Shown here piece after piece: positions 9,842 to 19,140 of a stretch of DNA of 64,000 nucleotides. Made by a program: the position numbers and the translations under genes. Positions within the stretch are counted from its first letter, which is position 1. Every line of letters begins with the position of its first letter. The notes beneath the pieces are model-generated. The model ran no database searches, was not told the DNA's origin, and saw only the letters and a program-made list of their open reading frames with translations. This stretch comes from Nitrospinales bacterium (lineage in GTDB: Bacteria > Nitrospinota > Nitrospinia > Nitrospinales > VA-1): the NCBI GenBank assembly GCA_965223345.1, contig CBDCWG010000007.1, forward strand, positions 224,001 through 288,000. The letters are read 5' to 3'.

Positions 9842-11356
9842 ATGAATGAAAACACCCGTCACGCCGCTCAAACCCAACCGCATCAGGTCGGCGCCCCCGG
9901 TCTGATCTTTCAGGAACCGCTGCTGTTCGAGATGGGCTCGCCCGGCCGCAAAGCCTATTCGCTGCCGGCGTGCGACGTGCCGGAAGTGGAGATCGAAACG
10001 CTGTTGCCGCCCGATGAAATCCGCGGACCGCTGGAAGATCTCCCCGAGCTTTCGGAGCTGGAAGTGGTGCGGCATTTCACCCGGCTTTCGCAGTGGAATT
10101 TCAGCATCGACACGAATTTCTACCCTCTGGGTTCGTGCACGATGAAATACAATCCGAAAATAAACGACGCGCTGGCGCAGTTGCCGGGTTTTTCCCAGCA
10201 CCATCCGCTGACCCCCGAGCGGCTTTCGCAGGGCAGCCTGCAACTGATGTACGAGTTGCAGGAATGCCTGCAGGAAATCAGCGGCATGGACCACGTCTGC
10301 CTGCAGCCCGCCGCCGGCGCGCAGGGGGAATTCGCCGGGCTATTAATGATCCACGCCTACCACACGGCGAACGGCAACCCGCGCAAGAAGGTGCTGCTTC
10401 CCGACTCGGCGCACGGCACCAACCCGGCGAGCGCGGCGCTGTGCGGCTACTCGGCGATGCAGATCCCCTCGGGCAAGAACGGGCTGATCGATCTGGATCA
10501 ACTGTCGAAGCTGATGGACGAGGACACGGCGGCGATCATGCTGACCAACCCGAACACGCTGGGCATGTTCGAGAAGGACATCCTCAAGATCACCGACATC
10601 GTGCACAAAAAAGGCGGGCTGGTGTACTGCGACGGGGCGAACCTCAACGCGGTGATGGGGAAAACCAAGATGGGCCAGATGGGGATCGACGTGCTGCACT
10701 TCAACCTGCACAAGACCTTTTCCACACCGCACGGCGGCGGCGGGCCCGGCGCGGGGCCGGTGGGCATCCACGACAAGCTGGAACCGTTCCTGCCGGCGCC
10801 GGTGGTCGAAAAAGACGGCGCGCGCTACAGGCTCAACCACGACCGGCCGCAGAGCATCGGCCGCCTGAAAGCGTTCTACGGCAACTTCGGCATCCTGCTG
10901 CGCGCCTATGCGTACATCCGCAGCCTGGGAGCGGAAGGGGTGCGCGAGGCGAGCCAGTCGGCGGTGCTCAATTCCAACTACATCAAGGCGCAGTTGAAAG
11001 ACCTCTACCACCTGCCCTATCCCGGCCCCAGCCTGCACGAGTGCGTGTTCAACGACAAGAACCAGGCGCCGAAGGTGACGACGATGGACATCGCCAAGGC
11101 GCTCATCGACTACGGGTTCCACCCGCCGACCGTGTACTTCCCGCTGATCGTCAAGGCGGCGCTGATGGTGGAGCCGACCGAGACCGAATCGAAGGAAACC
11201 CTCGACCGCTTCATCGCGGCGATGCGCGACATCGCCCGCCGCGCCACCGAAGATCCCGACGGCCTGCACGCCACGCCGAAACTGCCGAAAGTCTCCCGCC
11301 CCGACGAAGCCAAAGCGGCACGCCACCCGACACTGCGGTGGAGGAAGAAGGGTTGA
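9842..11356 (+). CDS. gcvPB: Glycine dehydrogenase (decarboxylating) subunit 2
   Basis: PLGSCTMKYNP, QPAAGAQGE, AHGTNPASA, NLHKTFSTPHGGGGPG, EPTETES. Confidence 0.96.
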   Translation: MNENTRHAAQTQPHQVGAPGLIFQEPLLFEMGSPGRKAYSLPACDVPEVEIETLLPPDEIRGPLEDLPELSELEVVRHFTRLSQWNFSIDTNFYPLGSCTMKYNPKINDALAQLPGFSQHHPLTPERLSQGSLQLMYELQECLQEISGMDHVCLQPAAGAQGEFAGLLMIHAYHTANGNPRKKVLLPDSAHGTNPASAALCGYSAMQIPSGKNGLIDLDQLSKLMDEDTAAIMLTNPNTLGMFEKDILKITDIVHKKGGLVYCDGANLNAVMGKTKMGQMGIDVLHFNLHKTFSTPHGGGGPGAGPVGIHDKLEPFLPAPVVEKDGARYRLNHDRPQSIGRLKAFYGNFGILLRAYAYIRSLGAEGVREASQSAVLNSNYIKAQLKDLYHLPYPGPSLHECVFNDKNQAPKVTTMDIAKALIDYGFHPPTVYFPLIVKAALMVEPTETESKETLDRFIAAMRDIARRATEDPDGLHATPKLPKVSRPDEAKAARHPTLRWRKKG

Positions 11357-11372
11357 GTAATCAGGAAGCCAA

Positions 11373-11400
11373 TAGTCCGCTCACGACCCAAAGCGGACAT
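11373..11400 (-). repeat. 28-bp palindromic repeat, copy 1 (ATGTCCGCTTT-GGGTCG-TGAGCGGACTA)
   Basis: Read on the minus strand; matches the copies at 59335, 59734, 59760 and 60254; marks the left edge of the low-GC island. Confidence 0.85.
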
Positions 11401-11503
11401 TCACAAGAAGAGTTAAAAAAGGATTTAATAAGGACTTCGAGAATTGACGGCCTCCTTTATCGTCCGCGACTCAAGGGCGTGGTTTGTCCAACCAACTTGA
11501 ACT

Positions 11504-11866
11504 GTGTTAATTAAACCAGCTGCACTAGTTCTCCTCTTATTGATTTTAGGTTCCTGCACGGGTCATTATAATGCTGACGATTTCGATCTTGTGAAACTGA
11601 GCAACGCAGTTCCACAACTATTTGAATCTCAGACAAACGGAGGCCGTATAGAAAAGAAATGGTGGCCATCGGAAATTGCAGAACTGAATCCGGAATCCGT
11701 AAGAAAGAATGCACAAGGCATTTATATTGAGCTGAATTCCTTCTTTGTCGAACAAAGTGGTCTTTTTATACCAACACCAGGAACTAAAGTTGAGAGAGGT
11801 AAACATCAAGAACCTTTTTATAAATTACTGGGTAATGGTATCTATAGTTATCATATTACAGGGTAA
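11504..11866 (+). CDS. Hypothetical lipoprotein, low GC
   Basis: LLLLILGSC lipobox-like signal; first gene of the small-gene array. Confidence 0.65.
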   Translation: MLIKPAALVLLLLILGSCTGHYNADDFDLVKLSNAVPQLFESQTNGGRIEKKWWPSEIAELNPESVRKNAQGIYIELNSFFVEQSGLFIPTPGTKVERGKHQEPFYKLLGNGIYSYHITG

Positions 11867-11957
11867 CCAATACAAGCGATCGATTTCAGTATATCGGGCG
11901 TAGACTGCAGGGACGCTACGCGCCTCTCGGCCGTTCACACGAAACGGTACCTGATCT

Positions 11958-12314
11958 ATGGCTATGGATGAGAGAGCTAATAAAAACGAGTCAACCTACC
12001 TCAAGTGGCTCGCGGTTATTTCTCTATTGAGTAGTGTGGCAGGTTGGATTGTGCAAGGGGTTATTTCTGAAGGTTTCGTGTATTGGGCCCTCCCATTGAT
12101 TTGGATTGGCACGGCAATATTTACGATGAATGGTGACACTATAGTTGAGTCTATTGTGCTTCTTGTCATACTCGGCGTTTTGTGCCTTGTTTTTGGTAAT
12201 TCCGATGCAGTCGTTAGTAAAGTTGGTGTTGGAACAATCCCTGGGGTGTACCTTGCTTTGGCGCTGTCCAAGATCACATTTGCCTTGGCAAAAGAAGGGG
12301 ACTTGGGTAATTGA
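11958..12314 (+). CDS. Hypothetical small membrane protein
   Basis: About 4 hydrophobic segments; co-oriented with the array. Confidence 0.6.
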   Translation: MAMDERANKNESTYLKWLAVISLLSSVAGWIVQGVISEGFVYWALPLIWIGTAIFTMNGDTIVESIVLLVILGVLCLVFGNSDAVVSKVGVGTIPGVYLALALSKITFALAKEGDLGN

Positions 12315-12462
12315 GGATTCAGATAAATACTGATGCCGAGACATGAGATCTCGCTTATCTGGATAATAGATTGGGAAGGCAATGAAAAGGAATCGTTTTA
12401 AACACCACGCGGACATCCTGTGAAGAATATTTTGTGGGTGGCAGCTGCACCCCGATGTTAAT

Positions 12463-12780
12463 GTGCTCGCAAAGTTGGGCAATGGCGAATTATCTATAAA
12501 TATCCTAAAAGGTGAATGTGCATTTAATGGCATGTCTATAAAGCAGTTATCCATAGCCAGAGTATTGAATGAGCGGCTAAGAGATGACTTATCTCAAAAC
12601 CATATATCAGAAAGCGAGCTGGATAAAGCTGAACTGAGAGTCTCAGTAGAAATTGAACTGCCTGAATATGGCAGTGGATTTACTAATTTTATATTCGATT
12701 GCTGTAGCAATATCGTGTCGAGGGGTGACTTATACACACGTAGTTTTACAGACAAACAAAGTTTTGAATGTAAATACTGA
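12463..12780 (+). CDS. Hypothetical protein, possibly 5'-truncated
   Basis: 105-aa low-GC ORF in the array with a GTG start. Confidence 0.5.
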   Translation: MLAKLGNGELSINILKGECAFNGMSIKQLSIARVLNERLRDDLSQNHISESELDKAELRVSVEIELPEYGSGFTNFIFDCCSNIVSRGDLYTRSFTDKQSFECKY

Positions 12781-12789
12781 TAAGGTCGA

Positions 12790-13230
12790 ATGAGAATCCT
12801 TGAAGATGCCAGAAATCGTCCGGACTTGTTCGTGTGGTATGGCACAGCCCCCAATCTTGACCTCCAGTTGTGGCAACAGCTCCGAGGCCTTAAACTCCCG
12901 CGCGATCTACTCCTGTTGTGGGAGCGAACTGGCGGCGGTGACATCTTCGAGACCGAGACGCTAGTCGGGCCTGTGCCGGATCCGAAATGGGCCAATAGCT
13001 TTGACGAAGTCAACGAATGGCACAGACAATCGGGGCTGCCCCGCGGTTTCGTGATTTTCCACATCGGCCTCTGCTTATCAGCGATCCGGCTATCAGACGG
13101 AAAGTACACGATTCTTGAAGAGAACAGCTATCGATTGCTACGAGAGCATGAGACCTTTGATGAGTGGTACGAACACGAGTTACGCGATGAATATTCGGAT
13201 GCATACGGTCTATCCGATGGAACCATATAG
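12790..13230 (+). CDS. SMI1/KNR4 (SUKH)-like immunity protein
   Basis: GLKLPRDL..LW..TGGG..F and a C-terminal TFDEW, the typical SUKH pattern. Confidence 0.7.
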   Translation: MRILEDARNRPDLFVWYGTAPNLDLQLWQQLRGLKLPRDLLLLWERTGGGDIFETETLVGPVPDPKWANSFDEVNEWHRQSGLPRGFVIFHIGLCLSAIRLSDGKYTILEENSYRLLREHETFDEWYEHELRDEYSDAYGLSDGTI

Positions 13231-13290
13231 ACTGATAACAGGATGTAAGGTCTCGCTTATCTAACTGTTATGTTTAAAAGAGAATGAATT

Positions 13291-13638
13291 ATGTATGAGT
13301 ATCACGGTTGGCTTTCCACATATAGCCAAGCAAATGCAATTGAGATCGAAAAAAGACTCGTTGAAATAAATGACCCCTATCCAGTCTTTGCGAAATATGT
13401 TAACGGTCAATTGCACATATCATTCAGCGGCAATCCAAATAGAGAGGGTGATTATATAAAATCGATCACGGAGTATTTGTTGGGGTTGAAATTGGATTTT
13501 TACGGGATTATATATTTAAAGGATACAAATAAAGATCGAATCGATAGGTTTAACGTGGTCAAAGTACTGAATGATAAAACATACATCTTTGAAGATAAGA
13601 ACTTTAGTATTGATGAAACAAAGCAACTATTCAAATAA
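13291..13638 (+). CDS. Imm7-like immunity protein
   Basis: MYEYHGW N-terminus, NG...SG..N, YGIIY..D. Confidence 0.7.
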   Translation: MYEYHGWLSTYSQANAIEIEKRLVEINDPYPVFAKYVNGQLHISFSGNPNREGDYIKSITEYLLGLKLDFYGIIYLKDTNKDRIDRFNVVKVLNDKTYIFEDKNFSIDETKQLFK

Positions 13639-13659
13639 ACACAAAACCATATTTTTTTC

Positions 13660-13989
13660 ATGAACTCAGAAGAGATCAATAGACTCCGTCGATCACTGGA
13701 TTCAGCCAAGGATTACCTCGATGCGCGGGGCGAGGCATCGTGGACGGATAGAATGACTTCGGCTCTCAACATGATCGACCGAAATGACCTCTCATTCGTT
13801 GACGATCTCTACTCAAGGGTCGCTCCCACTTGCGAAATTGAAAGCCTGTTTATCACGGAACCGAAGGGACAACAATCTCCTATGACCGAAGACCAAGTAA
13901 ACATCGTTAATAATGAACTGGCTGATATCATCAACGAGTTGACAGCAGCACTTGAACCATTTTGGGAAAAAAATAACAAAACAAATTGA
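13660..13989 (+). CDS. Hypothetical small helical protein (immunity-like)
   Basis: 109 aa, L...GE..W pattern; last gene of the array. Confidence 0.55.
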   Translation: MNSEEINRLRRSLDSAKDYLDARGEASWTDRMTSALNMIDRNDLSFVDDLYSRVAPTCEIESLFITEPKGQQSPMTEDQVNIVNNELADIINELTAALEPFWEKNNKTN

Positions 13990-14035
13990 AGATATTGTAG
14001 CGTGGCCGCATCAAATCCCCATTTGCATCGTTCGG

Positions 14036-14095
14036 ATGTCCGCTTTTTCGAATTCCTTAATATCTGAATATCCGCTTTTGGCTGAAAGCCACCAA
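14036..14095 (+). repeat. Half-site plus degenerate copy of the 28-bp repeat
   Basis: ATGTCCGCTTT at 14036-14046; ATATCCGCTTT-TGGCTG-AAAGCCACCAA at 14068-14095; inverted relative to copy 1. Confidence 0.65.
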
Positions 14096-14144
14096 GACAT
14101 CAGCGAAAAATCTCCTTCCTGTAAATAATAGAAACACAAAACTC

Positions 14145-14189
14145 TTCACCTCTTCGGCAACGTCCTGGCGAATTTGAGGGCGCGTTCGA
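14145..14189 (-). repeat. Duplicate of the TfoX gene 3' end (direct repeat of 18216-18260)
   Basis: 42/45 identical by manual alignment; encodes ERALKFARTLPKR*. Confidence 0.9.
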
Positions 14190-14252
14190 GCACAAATAAA
14201 CGACGGACTTCTTGTTCACCTGATCAGATGTAATGTGTGAGGTGGGTTGATC

Positions 14253-14708
14253 ATGTCTCAAAAGAAATATTCCTTACTTCTCATCATTATTTTCTTTCTT
14301 TGTGGTGGGATTCTGGGATTGGGCGGTTTCACTTTTATATATGGGCAGGGTTTTTCTTATCTGGTCGATGATCCCAAAGCCTGTGCAAACTGCCATATCA
14401 TGCAGTCGGTTTATGATCGATGGAGCCACGGCAGTCATAAAGCGGTTGCGACCTGCAATGACTGCCACACGCCGGCCTTTTTCAGCGGCAAGTACATTGT
14501 GAAAGCCATCAACGGATGGAACCACAGTGTGGCCTTCACAACAGGAAATTTCTCGGAGCCTCTGCAAATCACGGGGTTCAATGAGAAGGTCACACAGATG
14601 CAATGCCTTAAATGCCATGCTGCATTGATGTCCTCGGTCATGCCGTACCACGGAAATGAAGAAATGAATTGCATGACCTGTCATTCAGGCGTTGGACACG
14701 CAAGATGA
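14253..14708 (+). CDS. nrfH: Cytochrome c nitrite reductase small subunit (tetraheme)
   Basis: TM anchor, SYL.DDPKACANCHIM, CNDCH, CLKCH, CMTCH..VGH. Confidence 0.93.
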   Translation: MSQKKYSLLLIIIFFLCGGILGLGGFTFIYGQGFSYLVDDPKACANCHIMQSVYDRWSHGSHKAVATCNDCHTPAFFSGKYIVKAINGWNHSVAFTTGNFSEPLQITGFNEKVTQMQCLKCHAALMSSVMPYHGNEEMNCMTCHSGVGHAR

Positions 14709-14724
14709 TTTTTAAGGAGAGAGT

Positions 14725-16029
14725 ATGAAGAATGTTTTAGGGGAAATCACATTCGGATATCTGGTTGGCCTTGGCGCGGCCTTTGTCCTGGGCATCGGAC
14801 TCATGTGGGGAATCGGCACGCTGCTTGTCAACATTCAGGATCGCAAAGCGGAAGCAAAATATCCCTTTCAAAAAGTGATCGAAATTGAAAAAAACGAATT
14901 GGATCCGGCGGTGTGGGGTAAAAACTTTCCGCACCAATACGACACGTTCATCAAAACAAAAAATTCTTCGACGGTCACTCCTTTTGGAGGTTCCTCCCCC
15001 TACAGCAAACTGGAGAAAAACCCAAAACTGATTCGTCTTTGGGCGGGTTATGCTTTCAGCAAAGACCACAATGAAGATCGGGGCCATCACTATGCCTTGA
15101 CGGATCAGATAAAAACCCAAAGGGTGAAGCTAGTCAGCCAACCCGGCGCCTGCGCCAACTGTCACGCAGCGGAAGCGCCGCAACTCATAGAATCGATGGG
15201 ATGGGAGGCTTTCAATGCCACGCCCTTCAACGAGCTTAAAGGAAAACTTCATCGCGGCATCTCCTGCGCGGATTGCCACGATCCAAGCACCATGGCCTTG
15301 CGCATTTCCCGGCCGGCTTTCAAACTGGCCATGAAAAAAAGAGGCATCGATCTATCCAAGGCCAGCCGGCAGGACATGCGCAGCTATGTCTGCGGTCAAT
15401 GTCACGTGGAATATTATTTCGCCGGGAAAGACAAGCTCTTGACGTTTCCCTGGGACCAGGGGCTCAGCGTTGAAAACATCGAGGCCTACTACGACGCGAT
15501 CAATTTTAAAGACTGGGAACACAAGGAAACCAAAACACCCATGATCAAAATCCAGCACCCGGAGTTTGAGCTGTGGAGTTCGGGCCTGCATGCGAAATCA
15601 GGTGTGACCTGCTCGGATTGTCACATGCCCTATATCCGGAAAGGAGCGATCAAAATCTCGGACCATTGGCTGAGAAGCCCGCTCACGAATCTCAATAAAG
15701 CCTGTCAAACCTGCCACAAAGCGGACGAAGAGCATTTGCGGGACCGGGTCCTCCGCATTCAGGAACGCACTGCCGAATTGCTGGAGGTGGCGGAGGATGC
15801 CTTGCTGGATGCGATGGATGCCATCATCGCAGCTCAAAATAAAGGCGTCTCCGCGGAACAACTGGAGGAAGCCAGAAAACTGCACCGGAGAAGTGAAATA
15901 CGCTGGGATTTTATTTCTTCAGAGAACAGCACGGGTTTTCACAGCCCGCAGGAATCGGCCCGGGTTTTGGCAAACGCGGTGAATTATGCGCGGCAGGCTC
16001 AAATCGCAGCCCTGAAAGCAAGTAACTGA
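14725..16029 (+). CDS. nrfA: Ammonia-forming cytochrome c nitrite reductase, CxxCH heme-1 variant
   Basis: LWAGYAF, EDRGH, five CxxCH, CGQCHVEYYF, KIQHPEFE, ENSTGFH.P. Confidence 0.93.
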   Translation: MKNVLGEITFGYLVGLGAAFVLGIGLMWGIGTLLVNIQDRKAEAKYPFQKVIEIEKNELDPAVWGKNFPHQYDTFIKTKNSSTVTPFGGSSPYSKLEKNPKLIRLWAGYAFSKDHNEDRGHHYALTDQIKTQRVKLVSQPGACANCHAAEAPQLIESMGWEAFNATPFNELKGKLHRGISCADCHDPSTMALRISRPAFKLAMKKRGIDLSKASRQDMRSYVCGQCHVEYYFAGKDKLLTFPWDQGLSVENIEAYYDAINFKDWEHKETKTPMIKIQHPEFELWSSGLHAKSGVTCSDCHMPYIRKGAIKISDHWLRSPLTNLNKACQTCHKADEEHLRDRVLRIQERTAELLEVAEDALLDAMDAIIAAQNKGVSAEQLEEARKLHRRSEIRWDFISSENSTGFHSPQESARVLANAVNYARQAQIAALKASN

Positions 16030-16073
16030 AGACATTCGATCAAAACCCGTATCCGCTTTGCGCCGAAAACCAG

Positions 16074-16589
16074 CTAGGAATGGGGTTGCCGGTCTTCGCG
16101 GGAACGGGGTGCGCCGTTCATTTTGTTGACGGAGCGCAGGCCCTCGGTCGCCGCTTTCATGAGCTGCACGATCATGGAGGGTTTGAGATGATCCAGCGGG
16201 TTGTGCAGAAAATTCTGCACTTCGGTGCGCATCTGGGTGATTTCCGATTCGATGATCGAAACCTCTTTTTCCAGATCGTCAACCGCCATATCGCGGACGC
16301 TGCGTATTTCCTCGATCGAGGTTTCGTCTTCGGATTTTTGGGCATACCACATCATTCCGCCGGCGATGGCAAAATCTGCCGCGGCCACCGCGAACGCCGC
16401 GCCCGAAGAGCCCCAGAGCGGTTCCAGCAAAAAATAGAACGCCCCGTTCATCATGGCCAGCCCGAACACGGCGATCAGGCCCGCAAGGCTCATCAGGCCG
16501 GTCTTGCGGCTCATTTGCCGGAGTTGAGCCTGGGCCAGGAGTTTTTCGGAACGTCCCACCAGGCGCGCCAGGCTGAAAAGCCGTTTCAT
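16074..16589 (-). CDS. Phage-holin-like/YqjE-like membrane protein
   Basis: Two TM helices followed by a coiled-coil; directly downstream of the DUF883-like gene. Confidence 0.6.
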   Translation of the reverse strand: MKRLFSLARLVGRSEKLLAQAQLRQMSRKTGLMSLAGLIAVFGLAMMNGAFYFLLEPLWGSSGAAFAVAAADFAIAGGMMWYAQKSEDETSIEEIRSVRDMAVDDLEKEVSIIESEITQMRTEVQNFLHNPLDHLKPSMIVQLMKAATEGLRSVNKMNGAPRSREDRQPHS

Positions 16590-16599
16590 GGCATGTCTC

Positions 16600-16902
16600 C
16601 TAACGGCGCAGGATGAACCCGATCACCACACCGGCGGCAAAGGAACCCAAAAGCGCCATCGCGGGCCGCTCGCGCGTCACCTTTTCAACTTCACCGGCGA
16701 ACTCCTTGGCCACCCGCCCGGTTTCCTGCACAGCAGGGTTTTCCAGAATCGCTTCCTTGAGGGACTCGCCGTCCAGGTTGTTCTTTAAAAAATCCTCCGC
16801 TTTTTTGGCGGCGGCCATCACTTTTTCCTGCTCCACTCGCAGCGCTTCCACTGCTTTTCTGAGTGCATCCACTTCACCTGCTGCGTTCTTTGTTTTAGGC
16901 AT
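16600..16902 (-). CDS. DUF883 (ElaB/YqjD)-like tail-anchored protein
   Basis: C-terminal RERPAMALLGSFAAGVVIGFILRR. Confidence 0.75.
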   Translation of the reverse strand: MPKTKNAAGEVDALRKAVEALRVEQEKVMAAAKKAEDFLKNNLDGESLKEAILENPAVQETGRVAKEFAGEVEKVTRERPAMALLGSFAAGVVIGFILRR

Positions 16903-16922
16903 GATTTATTCCTCTATTTATA

Positions 16923-17183
16923 TTAATTGTCGCTGTCCAGCGCTTTTTTGATTCGCAGATACCCTTCCTTGAGTTCGGAGCCCAACGACCCCGCTGCTTC
17001 CTTGATTCGATCCATCGAATCGTCCAGATCCGCCTTGGACGAAAAATCCTCCCACTTGTCTTCCAGTTCTTTCCACTCGTCCTGCAATTCTTTGGTGCCG
17101 AGGTGAATTTTCAGCGAGATCTCGTCCCGTTTCTGTTTCAGGTCATCCAGGATTTGGTCGAAATCGGACATGCTTGTCTCCAT
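16923..17183 (-). CDS. Small coiled-coil hypothetical protein
   Basis: LKQKRDEI.LKIHLG..E..DEW.ELE.KW pattern. Confidence 0.7.
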   Translation of the reverse strand: METSMSDFDQILDDLKQKRDEISLKIHLGTKELQDEWKELEDKWEDFSSKADLDDSMDRIKEAAGSLGSELKEGYLRIKKALDSDN

Positions 17184-17312
17184 TGTTTATTTATTTTTGA
17201 TAGTCATGGATTGTCAACTACCAGCGATTTCAACCAGCCTGCAGGAGTTCTCCAACACAGAAACACCTAAAGAACGATCCCGGTCGGGGAAAATCCGGGC
17301 CGGTAAACCACC

Positions 17313-17750
17313 CTAGCCCATCTCCCGCTCTTTTCTCTGATTGAAATCTTCCGCCAATTGATCTGCCTTTTTCTCATCGATCAATTTTTTTGCCAACGGA
17401 AAAATCTGGTTTTGCTCCTCCTCGATATGATGCTCTATCTCATCTTTGAGTTTTTTAAACTTTTGCAGCCAGCCGCTGCTGCCCATATCCACATCCGTCA
17501 GTTCTTCCATCAAGTCCGCAGCCTCTTTGTGTTCTGAGATGCTGTGCCGCGCTTTTTCCTGACCATCGGGCTTTTCGATCAATGCGCCGTAGAACGTCTG
17601 CTCTTCGGCTGCGGCATGCGCCTCAACTTCGGCTTTGAAGTTTTCAAACAGCTGCCTTCGGTCCGAACTATCGCCGGATGTATCGGCCAACTTGGAGGAC
17701 AAATCCTTCTGAACCTCGTGGTCCTCCGTGAGTCGCTCGTAAATGTCCAT
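17313..17750 (-). CDS. Hemerythrin/HHE cation-binding domain protein
   Basis: L.EDH, H...EE..FY, EH, HHIEEE...IFP. Confidence 0.88.
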   Translation of the reverse strand: MDIYERLTEDHEVQKDLSSKLADTSGDSSDRRQLFENFKAEVEAHAAAEEQTFYGALIEKPDGQEKARHSISEHKEAADLMEELTDVDMGSSGWLQKFKKLKDEIEHHIEEEQNQIFPLAKKLIDEKKADQLAEDFNQRKEREMG

Positions 17751-18061
17751 GAAACCTGTCTCCCAATTATATTGAAAATGGAAGTCTTGTGAAAAAAATC
17801 CCTGTTTGTCCGGGTCATTTACTGAAAAGCAAGTCTTATGCCGATCGTATGCCGAATCCGCACCGCCGATATGGTGAACGAATGCCCCTGTTTTTGCTGG
17901 AAAAACAGGATGAATCGCTTTCCCACGCCGAAAAAATGGATCGTGCTGAGTGGAAACCCGCTCGATGGCCGGGTCATATCCACCGCCTCATCCGGGGTCC
18001 GGTGGATATGCCCCTCGGTGTTGTCGTGGGTTCAAGGTGGATCGGGAGTGGGGTCGTTGCA

Positions 18062-18165
18062 GGCGGGGGCCGTGGAGGTATTCCTGCCGGGGATCTGCGA
18101 GGAATACCATACTCCTATTGCGCGGTTTCGTGTTCGCCCCGGACGACCACAAGATCGAAGCAGTG
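18062..18165 (+). pseudogene. Degenerate copy of the 3' part of the VOC gene (20290-20395)
   Basis: 27-nt identical core (18083-18109 = 20311-20337) with flanking similarity and indels. Confidence 0.85.
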
Positions 18166-18216
18166 TGTCTGCCTGAGAATTTGGGGAACGGTTGAGTAAA
18201 GCGCTCTACTCGGATT

Positions 18217-18546
18217 TCACTTCTTCGGCAACGTCCGGGCGAATTTGAGGGCGCGCTCGATCCAGGCTTTGAGCTGCGCGTCGCTCTTGTAGCCAGCCGC
18301 ATCGACGTACACCATGCTCTTGAGCGGCTTGCCGGTAAAATCCATGTCGCGGGTGTGCGGCTCTTTCAGCGCTTCTGCCGTGCCCGCCTCGCCGAGACGC
18401 AGCACGAGATCGGTCTGGTTGACGCCGCAGACCATGTTGCCGTTCAGCATGAAGGCGAGCCCGCCGAACATTTTGCGTTCGGTGATGCCTTTGCGCCGTT
18501 TCAACACGGCGCGTATGCGCTCTGCGGCCGCTTCCTGGTAGGCCAA
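18217..18546 (-). CDS. TfoX N-terminal domain protein
   Basis: ERKMFGGLAFMLNGNM; likely TTG start at 18546 after GGAGGA. Confidence 0.85.
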   Translation of the reverse strand: MAYQEAAAERIRAVLKRRKGITERKMFGGLAFMLNGNMVCGVNQTDLVLRLGEAGTAEALKEPHTRDMDFTGKPLKSMVYVDAAGYKSDAQLKAWIERALKFARTLPKK

Positions 18547-18636
18547 CCTATTCCTCCCGGGAAAATCATGCGGGTTGCGGATCGCCACGGCCGTGAATCC
18601 AGCCGCAGGCGATCCGCACCAGCACGAGATGATCGA

Positions 18637-19080
18637 TCAATCTTCCGAATCGAAACACAGACCGTCCGGCTTGCGCCCTTCGCACACGTCCTTGAGACGC
18701 GGAAACGCGAACTCCACCCAGCCTGCGCCGAACGCATCGGCGGAGGATTTTTTTACGATGTTGTAGTGGCGCAGTTTGAGCCGCGTCCCCTGCCCTTCGG
18801 CTTTGAGAACGATCTCGACGGTCGAGCTGCCGGGCTCGATGCCTTCGATACCGCCCCAGGTGAACACCACTTTTTCATGCGGCACCACCTCGACGTATTC
18901 GCCGCGGCAGTGCATGCCCCGGTGCGAACCGACATGGAACACCCCGCCGGGGCGCGGGTCGGCTTCGACGATTTCACCGAACCACTCTTTCATCCGCGCA
19001 GCTTCGGTGAGATAGGAAAAAACGGTTTCCGGTTTGGCTTCGATGACGATCTCGCGTGTGAGTTCGTAGGATTCGCTCAT
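18637..19080 (-). CDS. SRPBCC/AHSA1-family protein (paralogue 2)
   Basis: REIVIEA.PETVF...W, GEYVEVVPHEKVVFTW, GW. Confidence 0.9.
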   Translation of the reverse strand: MSESYELTREIVIEAKPETVFSYLTEAARMKEWFGEIVEADPRPGGVFHVGSHRGMHCRGEYVEVVPHEKVVFTWGGIEGIEPGSSTVEIVLKAEGQGTRLKLRHYNIVKKSSADAFGAGWVEFAFPRLKDVCEGRKPDGLCFDSED

Positions 19081-19140
19081 GATGCTCTCCTGTTTTTGCG
19101 GCTGCGGCTTGCGGCCGGAAATGACTTCGGCACGGCTCGC

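Noticed and set aside
11357..14100. Bona fide integron or prophage
   Set aside because: No integrase, no complete attC with matched R boxes that I could verify, and no phage structural genes.
17789..18302. Overlapping ORFs in this gap
   Set aside because: No recognisable domains beyond the decayed VOC fragment.
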